Origin: the human T2T-CHM13v2.0 reference genome, Homo sapiens
NCBI RefSeq assembly: GCF_009914755.1
Contig: NC_060948.1
DNA length: 64,000 nt
Direction: 5' to 3' (one strand)
Shown: piece after piece, positions 14,201 to 28,316 of the stretch
How the letters are laid out: each line of letters begins with the position of its first letter
How positions within the stretch are numbered: the stretch's first letter is position 1
The notes under the pieces: generated by a model
What the model saw: only the letters and a program-made list of their open reading frames with translations
What the model was told of the DNA's origin: nothing
The model's database searches: none
Position numbers and translations under genes: made by a program

Positions 14201-17200
14201 CATTTGGCACCCATTGACGATTATGTAGAAAGGCAGAATATCCCAGAAAAATACTAGAAAGAAGGTCTCTGTGAAAGTGCTTCATGATGTGTGGACTCAC
14301 CTGACAGAGTTAAATATTTCTTTTGATTCAGCATGTTGAAAATACTCTTTTTGTATAGTCTATGAGGATAAATTTCAGAGCCCATTGAGGATCAATATAA
14401 AAAAACAGAATATCTTCAGATAAAAACTACAAAGAAGCCATCTGTGAAACTGCTTTGTGATGTGTGGATTCATTTCACAGATTTAAAACATTCTTTTGAT
14501 TCAGCAGGTTGGAAACACTCTGTGTAGAGTCTGTGAACAGACATTTGGGAGCTCATTGAGGCCTGGGGGAGAAAGAGAATAGCCCCAGATAAAACCTAGA
14601 AATAAAGTATTTGTAAAACTGCTTTGTGATGTGTGGATTCATTGAACAGAGTTAAATCTTTCTTTTCATTTAGCTCGTTTACAACACTCTTTTTGGAGAA
14701 TCTGCAAAGGGACATTTGAACACCCATTGAGGTCTATGGGGACAAATCGAATATCCCCAGGTAAAACTAGAAAGAACCTATCTGTGAAACTTTCAGACAT
14801 GTAGATTCATCTTAAAACAGTATTTTTTTTCTTTTCCTTCAGCAGATTGGGAACACCCTTTTTGTAGGATCTGCAAAGGAACACTTTGGAGCCCATTGAG
14901 AATTACTGGGAAAGAACAAATATCCACAGATAAAAACTAGAAGAAAGCTATTTGTGCTTTTTGATGTATGGATTCATCTCACAGAATTAATTTTTTCTTT
15001 TGATTCAGCAGGTGGAAAACACTGCTTTTGGAGGATCTGCAAAGGCACATTTATGAGCCAATTGATGCAGTCGAGGAAAACCCAAATATATTCATATAAA
15101 AACTAAAAACAAACTATCTGTGAAAATGATTTGAGATGTGCGCATTCATCTCACAGAGTTGAACCTTTCTTTCAGTTCAGCAGGTTGGAAACAGTCTTTT
15201 TGTAGAATCTGCAAAGGGACATTTGGGAGCTCCTGGAGGTCTGTGGGGCAAAACTGAATATCGTCAGATAAAAACTAGAAAGAAGATAGTCTGTCAAACT
15301 TTTTTGTGATATGTGGATTCATCTTACAAAGGCAAACATTTCTTTTGATTCAGCAAGTTGAAAGCACTCTTTTCAGAAAATATGCGATTGAATATTTGGG
15401 AGCCCTTTCAGGCCAAAGGGGAATAACCACATATACCCAGATAAAAACAACAAAGAAGCTATCTGAGGAACTTTTTGTGATATATATTTTCATCTCTCAG
15501 TGTTAAACTTTTCTCCTGATTCCACAGGTTTTGAAACACTCTTTATGCATAATCTACAAAGGGACATTTTGGAGACCCTTGAGGTCTATGGGGTGAAACC
15601 AAATATCCCCAGATAAAACTAGAAAGAAGGTATCCGTGAAACTTCTTTGTGATATCTGGATTCATGTCACAGAGATAAACCTTTCTTTTTATTCAGGAGA
15701 TTGAAAATACTCTTTTTGAAAAATCTACAAAATGACATTTGGGATCCCATGGACAATTATTGGAAAAGAACGAATATCCCAAGACAAAAACCAGACGGAA
15801 GCTATCTGTGAAAATGCTTTGTGATGGGTAGATTCTTCTCACAGAATTATACTTTTCTTTTTATTCATCAGGTGGAAACATTCTTTTTGGAGAATCTGTG
15901 AAGGGCCATTTCTGTGCTCCAACTGGACTATGCAGAAAAACCAAGTATTTTCAGTTAAAAACTAGAATGAAGCTATCTGTGAAATTACTTTGTGATGTGT
16001 GGATTCACCTCACAGAAGTAAATTTTTCTTTTGATACAGCAGGTTGCAACACTTTTTGTAGAATCTGCAAAGGGACATTTTGGAGCTCATTGATGACTGT
16101 GGGGAAAAACAGAGTATTCCCAGGTAAAAACAAGAAAGACTCTATCTGTGAAATGGATTTGTGATGTGTGGATTTATCTCACAAAGTTAAACCTTCCTTT
16201 TTATTCAACTGGTTGGAAACACTCTTTTGGGAGAATCTGTGAAGGGATATTTGGGAGCCCTTTGAGACTATGGGGAAAAACAGAATATGCCCTGATAAAA
16301 ATTAAAAAGAAGCTATCTTTGAAATGGCTTTGTGAGTGTGAATTCATCTTGCAGGATTAAACATTTCTTTTGATTCAGCTGGTTGGAGACACTTCTTTTG
16401 GAGAATCTGTGAAGAGACATTTGGGAGCCCATTGAGACCTATAAGGAAAAAAACAGAATATCCCAAGGCAAAAACTATAAGGAAGACACCTGTGAAACAG
16501 CTTTGTGATGTGTGGATTCATCTAACAGAGTTAAATCTTTCTTTTGATTCAGCAGGTTGGAAACACTCTTTTTGGAGAATCTGCAAAGGCATATTTGGGA
16601 GCCTAGTGAGGTCCAAGGAAAAACAACTAATATCCCCAGATAAAAACTAGAAAGAATCTGTGAAACTTATTTGTGATGCATGGATTTATCTCACAGAGTT
16701 AAACCTTTTTTTTTTTTTTTTTTTTTTGATTCAAGCATTTGGAAACACTTTTTCTGGAATATCTGTGAAGGGGTATTTTGGATACCAATGAGGTCCATGG
16801 GGAAAAACCAAATATCCGTAGGTAAAAACTAGAAAGAAAGTATCTGTAAAACTGCTTTGTGATGTGTAGATTCATCTCACAGACAAAAACCTTTCTTTTA
16901 ATTGATCATGTTGGAAACCTGTTTTTGTAGAATGTGTGAAGAGATATTTGGAAATGCAATGAGGCGCAGGGGAAAAAAACAAATATCCACAGATAAAGAA
17001 GTAAAGACTACCTATCGGTGAAACTGCTTTGGGATGTGTAGATTCATCTCAAAGTGTTAAAACTTTCTTTTGATTCAGCAGGTTGGGAACACTGTTTTTG
17101 GAGAATCTACAAAGGGACATTTCGGAGCCCATTGCATCATATGGCCATAAAATTGAATATCCCGAGGTAAAAAGTAGAAAGAAGCTATCTGTGGCACTGT

Positions 17201-20200
17201 CTTGTGATGTGTGGATTCATCTCACCAAGTTAAACCTTTCTCTGCATTCAGTAGGATGGAAATACTCTTTTTGGAGAATCAATGGGATAATTGGGAGACC
17301 ATAGATCCCAAATTAAAATCAATGGAAAATTTCCAGATAAAAACTAGGAAGAAGCTATCTGTGAAACTGCTTTGTGATGTGCAGATTTAGCTCATGGAGT
17401 TAAACTTTCCTTTTGATTCAACAGTTTGAAAACTGTCTTTTTTGAGAATCTGTGAAAGGACATTTTAGAGTCCATTAAGGCCCATGGGGAAAAAAGTATC
17501 CCTATGTAAATAAGGGAAACAAAGTATCTGTGAAATTGCTTTGTGACATGTAAATTCATCTAACAGAGTTAAAGCTTTCTTTTGATCCCACAAGTTGGAA
17601 TCGCTCTTTTTGGAGAATCTGTGAATGGACAATTTGGAATCCATTCAGGCCCATGGGGAAAACCTGAATATCCCATAATAAAAACTAGAATGAAGCTATC
17701 TGTGAAAATGCTTTTTGATGTGTGGATTCATTACACAGAATTAAACATTTCTTTTGATTCACCAGGTTGGAAACACTCTTTTTGGAGAATCTGCCAAGGG
17801 CAGTTGAGGGCCTTTGAGGCCCATGGGGAAAAACAAATACAGATAAAAACTAGAAAGACGCTATCTCTAAAACTGTTTTGGGATGTGTGGATTCATCCCA
17901 CAGAGTTAAACCTTTCTTTGGTTTAGCAGGTTGGAAACACTATTTTAGATAATCTGTGAAGGGACATCAGAGAGCCCACTGAGGCCCATAAAAAACAAAA
18001 AAACGAATATAGCCAGGTAAAAACCAGAAAGAAGCTATCTGTGAAACTGCTTTTTATGTGTGGATTTATCTCAGAGTTAAACCTTTCTGTTATTCAGCAG
18101 GTTGAAAGCTCTTTCTTGACAATATTTGAAAGGACATTTGGAAGCTCATTGAGGCCTATGGGCAAAAACTGAGTATCACAGGGTAAAACAAAAAGCAAAC
18201 TATCTGTGAAACTCCTTTGTCATCTGTAAATTCATCTCACAGAGATAAAGTTTTCTGTTGATTCAGCATATTGCAAGCACTATTTTTGGAGAATCTGCAA
18301 AAGGATATCTGGTAACACATTGAGGCCCATGGTGAAAACAGAATATTTCATGATAACAACTAGAAAAAAACTATCTGTGAAACTGCTTGGTGATGTGTGG
18401 ATTCATCTCACAGAATTAAACCTCTCTTTTGACAGCCAGTTGGAAACACGTTTATTGGATAAACTGTGAAAGGCCATTTTGGATAAAATTGAGGCCCATG
18501 GGGGGGAAAAAAAAACTAATATCCCCAGTTAAAAACTAGATAATAGCTATCTGGGAAACTGCTTTGTGATACGGATTCATCTCACAGAGGTATACCTTTC
18601 TTTTGATTCGGCAGATTGGAAACACTCTTTTGGAGATTCTGCCTGGGGACATTTTTGACCCCATTGAAGCCCATGAAAGAAAACCGAATATCCCCAAGTA
18701 AGAACTAGAGAGAAGCTATCTATGAAACTGCTTTGTCATGTGTGGATTCATGTCACCAAGTTAAAACTTTTTTTTTTGATTCAGGAGGTTGGAAACACTC
18801 TTTTTTGGAGAATGTGCAAAGGAATATTTTGGATCCCACTGAGGCCCATGGGGAAAAACTGAATAGCCTTAGGTAAAAACTAGAAAGAAGCTATCTCTGA
18901 ATCTGCTTTGTGATGTATAGATTCATCTCACAGATTTAAACATTTATTTTGATTCAACAGATCGTAAACACCCTATTAGGAGAATCTGCAAAGGGACATT
19001 TGGGAGCCCATTGCAGCCTATGGGGATAAACAGAATAACCCCAGGTAAAAACCAGAAAGAAGACATCTGTGGCACTGCCTTGTCATGTGTGGATTCATCT
19101 CACTGAGTTAAATCTTTCTTTTGATACAGCAGGTTGGAAACACTCTTTTTGGAGAACATGTGAAGGGATATTTGGGAGCCCATTGAGGCCCATGAAAAAA
19201 AAAATTCTAGATAAAAACTAGGAAGAGGCTGTCTGTGAAACTGCTTTGTGATGTGTGGAATAATCTCACAGAGTTAAACATTTCCTTTGATTCAGCAGTA
19301 TCTGCAAAGAGACATTTTGGGTCCCATTAAGGCCTTTCAGGAAAATTCTAATATCCTCAGTTAAAAACTAGAAAGACGATATCTGGGAAACTGCTTTGTG
19401 ATTTGTGTTTTCGTCTCACTGAGTTAAGCCTTTCTTTTGATTCAATAGGTTGGAAACACTCTTTTTGGAGAATCTGCAAAGGGACATTTTGGACCCCCAT
19501 TGAGACCTATTGGGAAAATCCTAATATCCACAGGTAAAAACTAGAAAGATGATATCTGGGAAACTACTTTGGGATTTGCGCTTTCATCTCACTGAGTTAA
19601 GCCTTTCTTTTGATTCAGCAGGTTGGAAACGCGGTTTTTGGAAAATCTGACAGTGGACATTTGAGAGACCGTTGAGAACCATGGAGAACAACGTAATAGC
19701 CCCAGGTAAAAGCTAGAAAGAAGCTATTTGTCAAACTGCTCAATGATTTCTGGATTCATCTCAAAGGTTTACACCATTCTTTTGAGTCAGCAGGTTAAAA
19801 ACAATCTTTTTGGATAATCTGTGAAGGGACATTTGGGAGCCCCTTTGAGGCCCAATGGAAAAAAAAATATGCCCAGATAAAAACTAGAAAGAAGCTGTCT
19901 ATGTAACTCCTGGCTGATGAAGACGAATATGCCCAGGTAAAAACTAGAAAGTAGGTATCTGGGAAAGTGCTCTATGATGTGTGGATTCATCTCAGAGGTA
20001 AATCCTTCCTTTGATTCAGCAGGTTGGAAACATTCTATTTGTAGAATCAGCAAAGGGACTTTTGGGAGCCCATTCAGGCCTAAAGGAAAAATTGAATACC
20101 CCTACATAAAAACTGAAAGAAGCTGTCTGTGTAACTGCTTTGTGATGTAAAGATTAATGAAAGAGTTAAACCTTTCATTTGATTCATCAGGTTGACAGAA

Positions 20201-20289
20201 CTCTTTTTGGAAAATCTGTGAAGGTACATTCAGGGCCCATTGTGGCCTATGAGGAGAAAGCAAATATCCCCTGATGAAAATAAGAAAGA
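11260..20289 (+). repeat. Divergent monomeric alpha satellite, layer A
   Basis: ~171-bp units AAGCTATCTGTGAAACTGCTTTGTGATGTGTGGATTCATCTCACAGAGTTAAACCTTTCTTTTGATTCAGCAGGTTGGAAACACTCTTTTTGGAGAATC...GGCCTATGGGGAAAA; no CENP-B box noticed. Confidence 0.97.
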
Positions 20290-23200
20290 GGGGTGCAGCC
20301 AAGATGGCCAAATAGGAACAGCTCCACTCTACAGCTTCCACCATGACCAATGCAGAAGATGGGTGATTTCTGCATTTCTAACTGAGGTACTGGGTTCATC
20401 TCACTGTGGAGTGCCAGACAGTGGGTGCAGGACAGTGGGTGGAGCACACTGTGCATGAGCTGAAGCAGGGTGAGGCATCACCTCACCCAGGAAGCTCAAG
20501 AGGTCAGGGAATTCCCTTTCCTAGTCAAAGAAATGGGCAACAGACGGCACCTCGAAAATCAGGTCACTCCCACATTAATACTGTGCTTTTCCAATGGGCT
20601 TCAGAAATGGCACGCCAGGAGATTATGTCCCACACATGGCTCAGAGGGTTCTATGCCCACTGAGCCTCACTCATTGCTAGAACAGCAGTCTGAGATCAAA
20701 ATGCAAGGTGGCAGTGAGGCTGGGGGAGGGACACCCGCCATTGCTCAGGCTTGAGTAGGTAAACAAAGTGGCTGGGAAGCTTGAACTGGGTGGAGCCCAC
20801 CACAGCTCAAGGAGGCCTGCCTGCTTCTGTAGGCTCCACCTCTGGGGGCAGGGCACAGACAAACAAAAGACAGCAATAACCTCTGCAGACTTAAATGTCC
20901 CTGTCTGAGAGTTTGGAAGACTAGTGGTTCTCCCAGCACACAGCTGGAGATATGAGAATGGGCAAACTGCCTCCTCAAGTGGGTCACTGACTCCTGAGTA
21001 GCCTAACTGGGAGGCACCCATCAGTACAGGCAGACTGACACCTTACCGGGCCGGGTACGCCTCTGAGCCAAAACATCCAGAGGAATGATTAGGCAGCAGC
21101 ATTTGCGGTTCACCAATATCCACTGTTTTGCAGCCACCACTGCTGACACCCAGGCAAACAGGGTCTGGAGTGGACCTTGAGTAAACTCCAACAGACCTGC
21201 AGCTGAGGGTCCTGATGGCTAGAATGAAAACTAACAAACAGAAAGGACATCCACACCAGAAACCCATCTGTACGTCACCATCATCAAAGACTAAAGGTAG
21301 ATAAAACCACAAAGATGGGGAAAAAACAGAGCAGAAAAACGGGAAACTCTAAAAATCAGAGCACCTCTCGTCCTTCAAAGGAATGCAGCTCCTCACCAGC
21401 AATGGAACAAAGATGGACAGAGAATGACTTTCACGAATTGTGAGAGGAAGACTTCAGAAGGTCAAACTACCCTGAGCTAAAGGAGGAAGTTTGAACCAAT
21501 GGCAAAGAAGTTAAAAACTTTGAAAAAAAATTAGATCAATGGATAACTAGAATAACCAATGAAGAAAGTCCTTAGAGAACCTGATGGAGTTGAAAAACAT
21601 GGCGCGAGAACAACGTGCTGAATGCACAAACCTCAGTAACTGATGCAATCAACTGGAAGAAAGGGTATCAGCAATGGAAGATGAAATGAAGTGTGAAGAT
21701 CAGTTTAGAGAAAAAAGAATAAAAAGAAATGAACAAAATTTCCAAAAATATGGGACTATGTGAAAAGACCAAATCTATGTCTAATTGGTGTACCTGAAAG
21801 TGACAGGGAGAATGGAACCAAGTTGGAAAACATTCTGCAGGATATTATCCTGGACAACTTCCCCAATCTAACAATTCAGGCCAACATTCAAATTCAGGAA
21901 ATACAGAGAATGCCACAAAGATACTCATCAAGAAGAGCAACTCCAAGACATATAATTGTCAGATTCACCAAAGTTGAAAAGAAGGAAAAAATGTAAAGGG
22001 CAGCCAGAGAGAAAGGTCGGGTTACCCACAAACGGAAACCCATCAGACTAACAGCTCATCTCTCAGCAGAAACTCTACAAGCCAGAAGAGAGTGGGGGCC
22101 AATATTCAATATTCTTAAAGAAAAGAATTTTCTACCCAGAATTTCATATCAAGCCAAACTATGCTTCATAAGTGAAGAAGAAATAAAGTACTTTACAGAC
22201 AAGCAAATGCTGAGAGATTTTGTCACCACCATGTCTGCCCTAAAAGAGGTCCTGAAGGAAGCATTAAATGTGGAAAGGAACGACCAGTAGCAGCCACTGC
22301 AAAAACATGCAAATTATAAAGACCATCAAGGTTAGGAAGAAACTCCATCAACTAACTAGTTAATATCATAATGACAGGATAAAATTCACACATAACAATA
22401 CTAACCTAAAATGCAAATGGGTTAAATGCTCAAATTAAAAGGCACAGACTGGTAAATTGGATAAAGAATCAAGACCCATCAGTGTGCTGTATTCAGGAAA
22501 CCCATCTCACAGGCAGAGACACACATAGGCTCAAAACAAAGGGATGGAGGAAGATCTACCAAGCAAATGGAAAACAAAAAAAGCAGGGGTTGCAATCCTA
22601 GTCTCTGATAAAACAGACTTTAAATGAAACAACATCAAAAGAGGCAAAGAAGGCCATTACATAATGCTAAAGGGATCAATTCAACAAGAAGACCTAACTA
22701 CCCTAAATGTATATGCACCCAATATGGGAGCACCCAGATTCATAAAGCAAGTCCTTAGTGACCTATAATGAGACTTAGACTTCCACACAACAATAATGGG
22801 AGATGTTAACACTCCACTTCAACATTAGACAGATCAACAAGACAGAAAGCTAAAAAGGATATCCAGGAATTGAACTCAGCTCTGCACACAGTGAACCTAA
22901 TAGACATCTACAGAACTCTCCACCCCAAATCAACAGAATGCACATTCTTTTTAGCACCACACCACTCTTTTTCCAAAATTGACCACATACTTGGAAGTAA
23001 AGCACTCCTCAGCAAATGTAAAAGAATAGAAATTATAACAAATTGTCTCTCAGACCACAGTGCAATCAAACTAGAACTCAGGATTAAGAAACTCACTCAA
23101 ATCCGCTCATTTACATGGAAACTGAACAACCTGCTCTGGAATGACTACTGGGTACATAACGAAGTGAAGGCAGAAATAAAGATGTTATTTGAAACCAATG

Positions 23201-26200
23201 AGAACAAAGAAACAACATACCAGAATCTCTGGGACACATTCAGAGCAGTGCGTAGCGGGAAATTTGTAACACTAAATGCCCACAGGAGAAAGCAGGAAAG
23301 ATATAAAATTGATATCCTAACATCACAATTAAAAGAACCAGAGAAGCAAGAGCAAACATATTCAAAGGCTAGCAGAAGGCAAGAAAAAACTAAGATCACA
23401 GCAGAACTGAAGGAAATAGAGACACAAAAAACTCTACAAAAAATCAATGAATCCAGGAGCTGGTTTTCTGAAAAGATCAACAAAATTGACAGACCACTAG
23501 CAAGACAAATAAAGAAGAAAAGAGAGAAGAATATAATAGAAACAATAAAAAATGACAAAGAGGATATCACCACCGATCCCACAGAAATACAAACTACCAT
23601 CAGAGAATACTATAAACACCTCTAATGCTAATGAACTGGAAAATCTAGAAGAAATGGATAAATTCCTCGACACATCCACTCTCCCAAGACTAAACCAGGA
23701 AAAAATTGAATCTCTGAATAGATCAATAACAGACTCTGAAATTGTGGCAATAATAAATAGCTTACCAACAAAAAAGAAGCCCAGGACCAGATGGATTCAC
23801 AGACGAATTCTACAGAGGTACAAGGAGGAGCTGGTACCATTCCTTCTGAAACTATTCCAATCAATAGAAAAAGAAGGAATCCTCCCTAACTCATTTTATG
23901 AGGCCAGCATCATCCTGATACCAAAGCCTGGCAGAGACACAACAAAAAAAGAGAATTTTAGACCCATATCCTTGATGAACATTGTTGCAAAAATCCTCAA
24001 TAAAATATGGCAAACTGGATCCAGCAATACATCAAAAAGCTTATCCACCATGATGAAGTGGGCTTCATCTCTCGGATGCAAGGCTGGTTCATCATATGAA
24101 AATCAATAAACATAATCCAGCATGTAAACAGAACCAAAGACAAACAACACATGATTATCTTAATAGATGCAGAGAAGGCCTTTGACAAAATTCAACAACG
24201 CTTCTTGTTAAAAACTCTCAATATCATTGTTCAATTCCCACCTATGAGTGAGAATATGCGGTGTTTGGTTTTTTGTTCTTGCGATAGTTTACTGAGAATG
24301 ATGATTTCCAATTTCATCCATGTCCCTACAAAGGACATGAACTCATCACTTTTTATGGCTGCATAGTATTCCATGGTGTATATGTGCCACATTTTCTTAA
24401 TCCAGTGTATCATTGTTGGACATTTGGGTTGGTTCCAAGTCTTTGCTATTGTGAATAATGTTGCAATAAACATACGTGTGCCTGTGTCTTTATAGCAGCA
24501 TGATTTATATTCCTTTGGGTATATACCCAGTAATGGGATGGCTGGGTCAAATGGTATTTCTAGATCTAGATCCATGAGGAATCGCCACACTGACTTCCAC
24601 AATGGTTGAATTAGTTTACAGTCCCACCAACAGTGTAAAAGTATTCCTATTTCTCCACATCCTCTCCAGCACCTGTTGTTTCCTGACTTTTTAATGATTG
24701 CCATTCTAACTGGTGTGAGATGGTATCTCATAGTGGTTTTGATTTGCAGGAAGGGGAATATCACACTCTGGGGACTGTGGTGGGGTGGGGGGAGGGGGGA
24801 GGGATAGCATTGGGAGGTATAACTAATGCTAGAAGACGAGTTAGTGGGTGCAGCGCACCAGCATGGCACATGTATACATATGTAACTAACCTGCACAATG
24901 TGCACATGTACCCTAAAACTTAAAGTATAATAATAATAAAAAAAACTCTCAATAAATTAGGTATTGATGGGATGTCTTTCAAAATAATAAAAGCTATCTA
25001 TGACAAACTGACAGCCAAAATCATACTGAATGGACAAAAATTGGAAACAATCCCTTTGAAAGCTGGCAAAAGATAGAGATGACCTCTCTCACCAATCCTA
25101 TTCCACATAGTGTTGGAAGTTCTGGCCAGGAAAATCAGGTAGGAGAAGAAGGCAAAGGGTATTCAATTAGGAAAAGAGGAAGTCAAATTCTCCCTTTTAG
25201 CAGATGGCATGATTGTATATTTAGAAAACCCCATCGTCTCAGCCCAAAGTCTCCTTAAGCTGATAGGCAGCTTCCGCAACGTATCATGATACAAAATCAA
25301 TGAGCAAATATCACAAGAATTATTATACACCAATAACAGAAAAACAGAGAGCCAACCATGAATGAACTCCCATTCACAATTTCTTCAAAGATAATAAAAT
25401 ACCTAGGAATCCAACTTACAAGGGATGTGAAGAACCTCTTCAAGGAGAAATACAAACCACTGCTCAATGAAATAAAAGAGGATACAAACAAATGGAAGAA
25501 CATTCCATGCTCATGGGTAGGAAGAATCAATATCATGAAAATGGCCATACTGCCCAAGGTAATTTATAGATTCAATGCCATCCCCATCAAGCTACCAGTG
25601 ACTTTCTTCACAGAATTGGAAAAAACTACTTTAAATTTCATACAGAACCAAAAAGGAGCCCACATTGCCAAGACAATCCTCAGTGAAAAGAACAAAGCTG
25701 GAGGCATCACACTACCTGACTTCAAACTATACTACAAGGCTACAGTAACCAAAACAGCTTGGTACTGGTACAAAACAGAGATATAGACCAATGCAACAGA
25801 ACAGAGCTTTCAGTAATAATGCCACATATCTACAACTATCTGATCTTTGACAAACCTGACAAAAAGAAGCCATGGGGAAAGGATTCCCTATTTAATAAAT
25901 GGTGCTGTGAAAACTGGCTAGCCATATGTAGAAAGCTGAAACTGGATCCCTTCTTTACACCTTATACAAAAATTAATTCAAGATGGATTAAAGACTTACA
26001 TGTTAGACTTAAAACCATAAAAACCCTAGAAGAAAACCTAGGCATTATCTTTCAGGATATAGGCATGGACAAGGACTTCATGTCTAAAACACCAAAAGTA
26101 ATGGAAACAAAAGCCAAAATTGACAAATGGGATCTAATGAAACTAAAGAACTTCTGCACAGCAAAAGACACTACCATCAGAGTGAACAGGCAACATACAG

Positions 26201-26956
26201 AATACGAGAAAATTTTTGCAACCTACTCATCTCACAAAGGGCTAATATCCAGAATCTACAATGAAATCAAACAAATTTACAAGAAAAAAAAAAAAACAAC
26301 CCTATCCAAAAGTGGGCAGAGGATATGAACAGACAGTTCTCAAAAGAAGACATTTAGGCAGCCAAGAAAACACATGAAAATATGCTCATCATCACTGGCC
26401 ATCCAAGAAATGCAAATCAAAACCACAATGAGATACCATCTTACACCAGTTAGAATGGTGATTATTAAAAAGTCGGGAAACAACAGGTGCTGGAGAGGAT
26501 GTGGAGAAATAGAAACACTTTTAGATTGTTTGTGGCACTGTAAACTAGTTCAACCATTGTGGAAGTCAGTGTGGCGATTCCTCAGGGATCTAGATCTAGA
26601 AATACCATTTGCCCAGCCATCCCATTACTCATTCTCAGCAATCTATTGCAAGGACAAAAAACCCAACAGCACATGTTCTCACTCATAAGTAGGAATTGAA
26701 CAATGAGAACACATGGACACAGGAAGGGGAACATCACACACTGGGGACTGTTGTGCGGTAGGGGGAGGGGGGAGGGATAGCATTAGGAGATATACCTAAT
26801 GCTAAATGATGAGTTAATGGGTACAGCACACCAACATGACACATGTATACATATGTAACAAACCTGCACATTGTACACATGTACCTTAAAACTTAAAGTA
26901 TAATAACAATAATAATAATAATAAAATTGTGATGGGGTTAGACATTTAAAAAAAAA
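20290..26956 (+). mobile_element. Full-length LINE-1, L1PA4-like, inserted in alpha satellite (decayed)
   Basis: GGGGTGCAGCCAAGATGG start; ORF1 at ~21315; ORF2 fragments; ~230-bp deletion at 26629; TSD GAAAATAAG(A/T)AAGA at 20276-20289 and 26957-26970. Confidence 0.96.
24224..24940 (+). mobile_element. Nested 5'-inverted (twin-primed) young L1, L1PA2-like
   Basis: Inverted part 24224-24748, sense 3'UTR 24747-24940; TSD AAAAACTCTCAATA at 24210-24223 and 24941-24954 after TT; diagnostics GAATATCACAC, GACGAGTTAGTGGGTGCAGCGC and GCACAATGTG. Confidence 0.93.
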
Positions 26957-28316
26957 GAAAATAAGTAAGAAGCTATCTGTGAAACTACTTTGTGATGCCT
27001 GGATTCCTCTCATAGGGTTGAACACTTTTGGAGAATGTGTGATAGGACAATGGGGAGCCCACCAATGGCAATGAGGAAAATTCGAATAACCCCAGATAAA
27101 AACTAGAAAGAAGCTATCTGTGAAACTGTTCTGTGGTATGTAGATTCACCTCAAATAATTAAACCTTTCTTTTGATACTGCAGGTTGGAAACACATTTTC
27201 TGAGAATCTGCAAGGGGACATTTTGGAGCCCATTGAGGCCTGTGGGGAAAAATATGGTATACCTAGGTAAAAACTAGAAAGAACATATCTGTGAAACTGC
27301 TTTGTGTTGTGTGGATTCATCTCACAGAGTTAACCCTTTCTTTTATTCAGCAGGTTTGAAATACTCTTTTTAAAGGATCTATGAAGAAATATTTTGAAGT
27401 TAATTGAGGCCCATGGAAAAAATAAACGAATATCTTCAGGTAAAATCTAGAAAGAAGCTATCTGTGAAATTGCTTTGTGATGTATGGATTTGTCTCACAG
27501 AGTTAAATCTTTCTTTGGATTCAGCAGATTGGAAAAACTCTTTTTGGAGAATTTGTGAAGGGACTTTTTGGAGTCCACTGAGCTGTTGAATAACTGAATA
27601 TCCCCAGAAAAACAGTGGAATCTATCTGTGAAACTGCTTTGTGATGTGTGGATTCATCTCACAGAGTTAATCCTTTCGTTTGATTCCGCACGTTTGGAGC
27701 ACTCCTTTTGGACAATCTGGAACAATATATTTTGGTCCATTGAAGCCAATGAAGGAAAAAAAGGAGTATCCCTAGGCAAAACCTAAAAAGAAGCTATCTG
27801 TGAAAATGCTTTGTGATGTTTGGATTCATGTCCCAGAGTTAAACTTTTCTTTTTATTCAGCAGGTTGGAAACACTCTTTTTGAACAATCTGCAAAGGGAA
27901 ACTGGGGAGGCCATGGAAACCCATAAGGAAAAACAGAATATTACCAGATAAAAATCAATAAAAACTATCTGTGAAACTGCTTTATGATGTGTGAATTCAA
28001 CTGACAGAGTCAAACCTTTCTTTTGATTCAGCAGGTTGGAAAATCTCTCCTTGGAGAATCTGTGAAGGGATATTTGGGAGCACATTGAAGCCCACATGGG
28101 AAAACAGAATATACCCGAATAAAAAGTAGAAAGAAACTATTTTTTGAAACTGTTTTTGTGTTGTATGAATTCACTTTACATAGTTAAACCATTCTTTTAT
28201 ACAGACGGTTGGAAAAATCTTTTTGAAGAATTTGCAAAGTGACATTTGGGAGCCAATTGAGGTCCATGTGGAAAAACCTGATAGCCCAAGATAAAAACAA
28301 GATGGAAGCTATCTAT
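26957..28316 (+). repeat. Alpha satellite, layer A
   Basis: Same monomer consensus as 11260-20289. Confidence 0.95.

Noticed and set aside
19330-19960. Adjacent near-duplicate monomers and a shortened monomer
   Set aside because: Routine unequal-crossover and indel noise in old satellite.
11260-20289. Regularly spaced repeats suggestive of a CRISPR-like array
   Set aside because: The whole unit repeats with no unique spacers, and the context is primate satellite DNA.
20665-20742. ORF0 of the second L1
   Set aside because: It stops after about 24 codons (AATGAGTGA) and points only into satellite.
24770-24803. G-quadruplex-like G runs (also at ~26743-26776)
   Set aside because: Ordinary L1 3'UTR polypurine tract.
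24231-24905. 224-aa ORF
   Set aside because: Chance fusion of antisense L1 3'UTR with the ORF2 C-terminus across the twin-priming junction.
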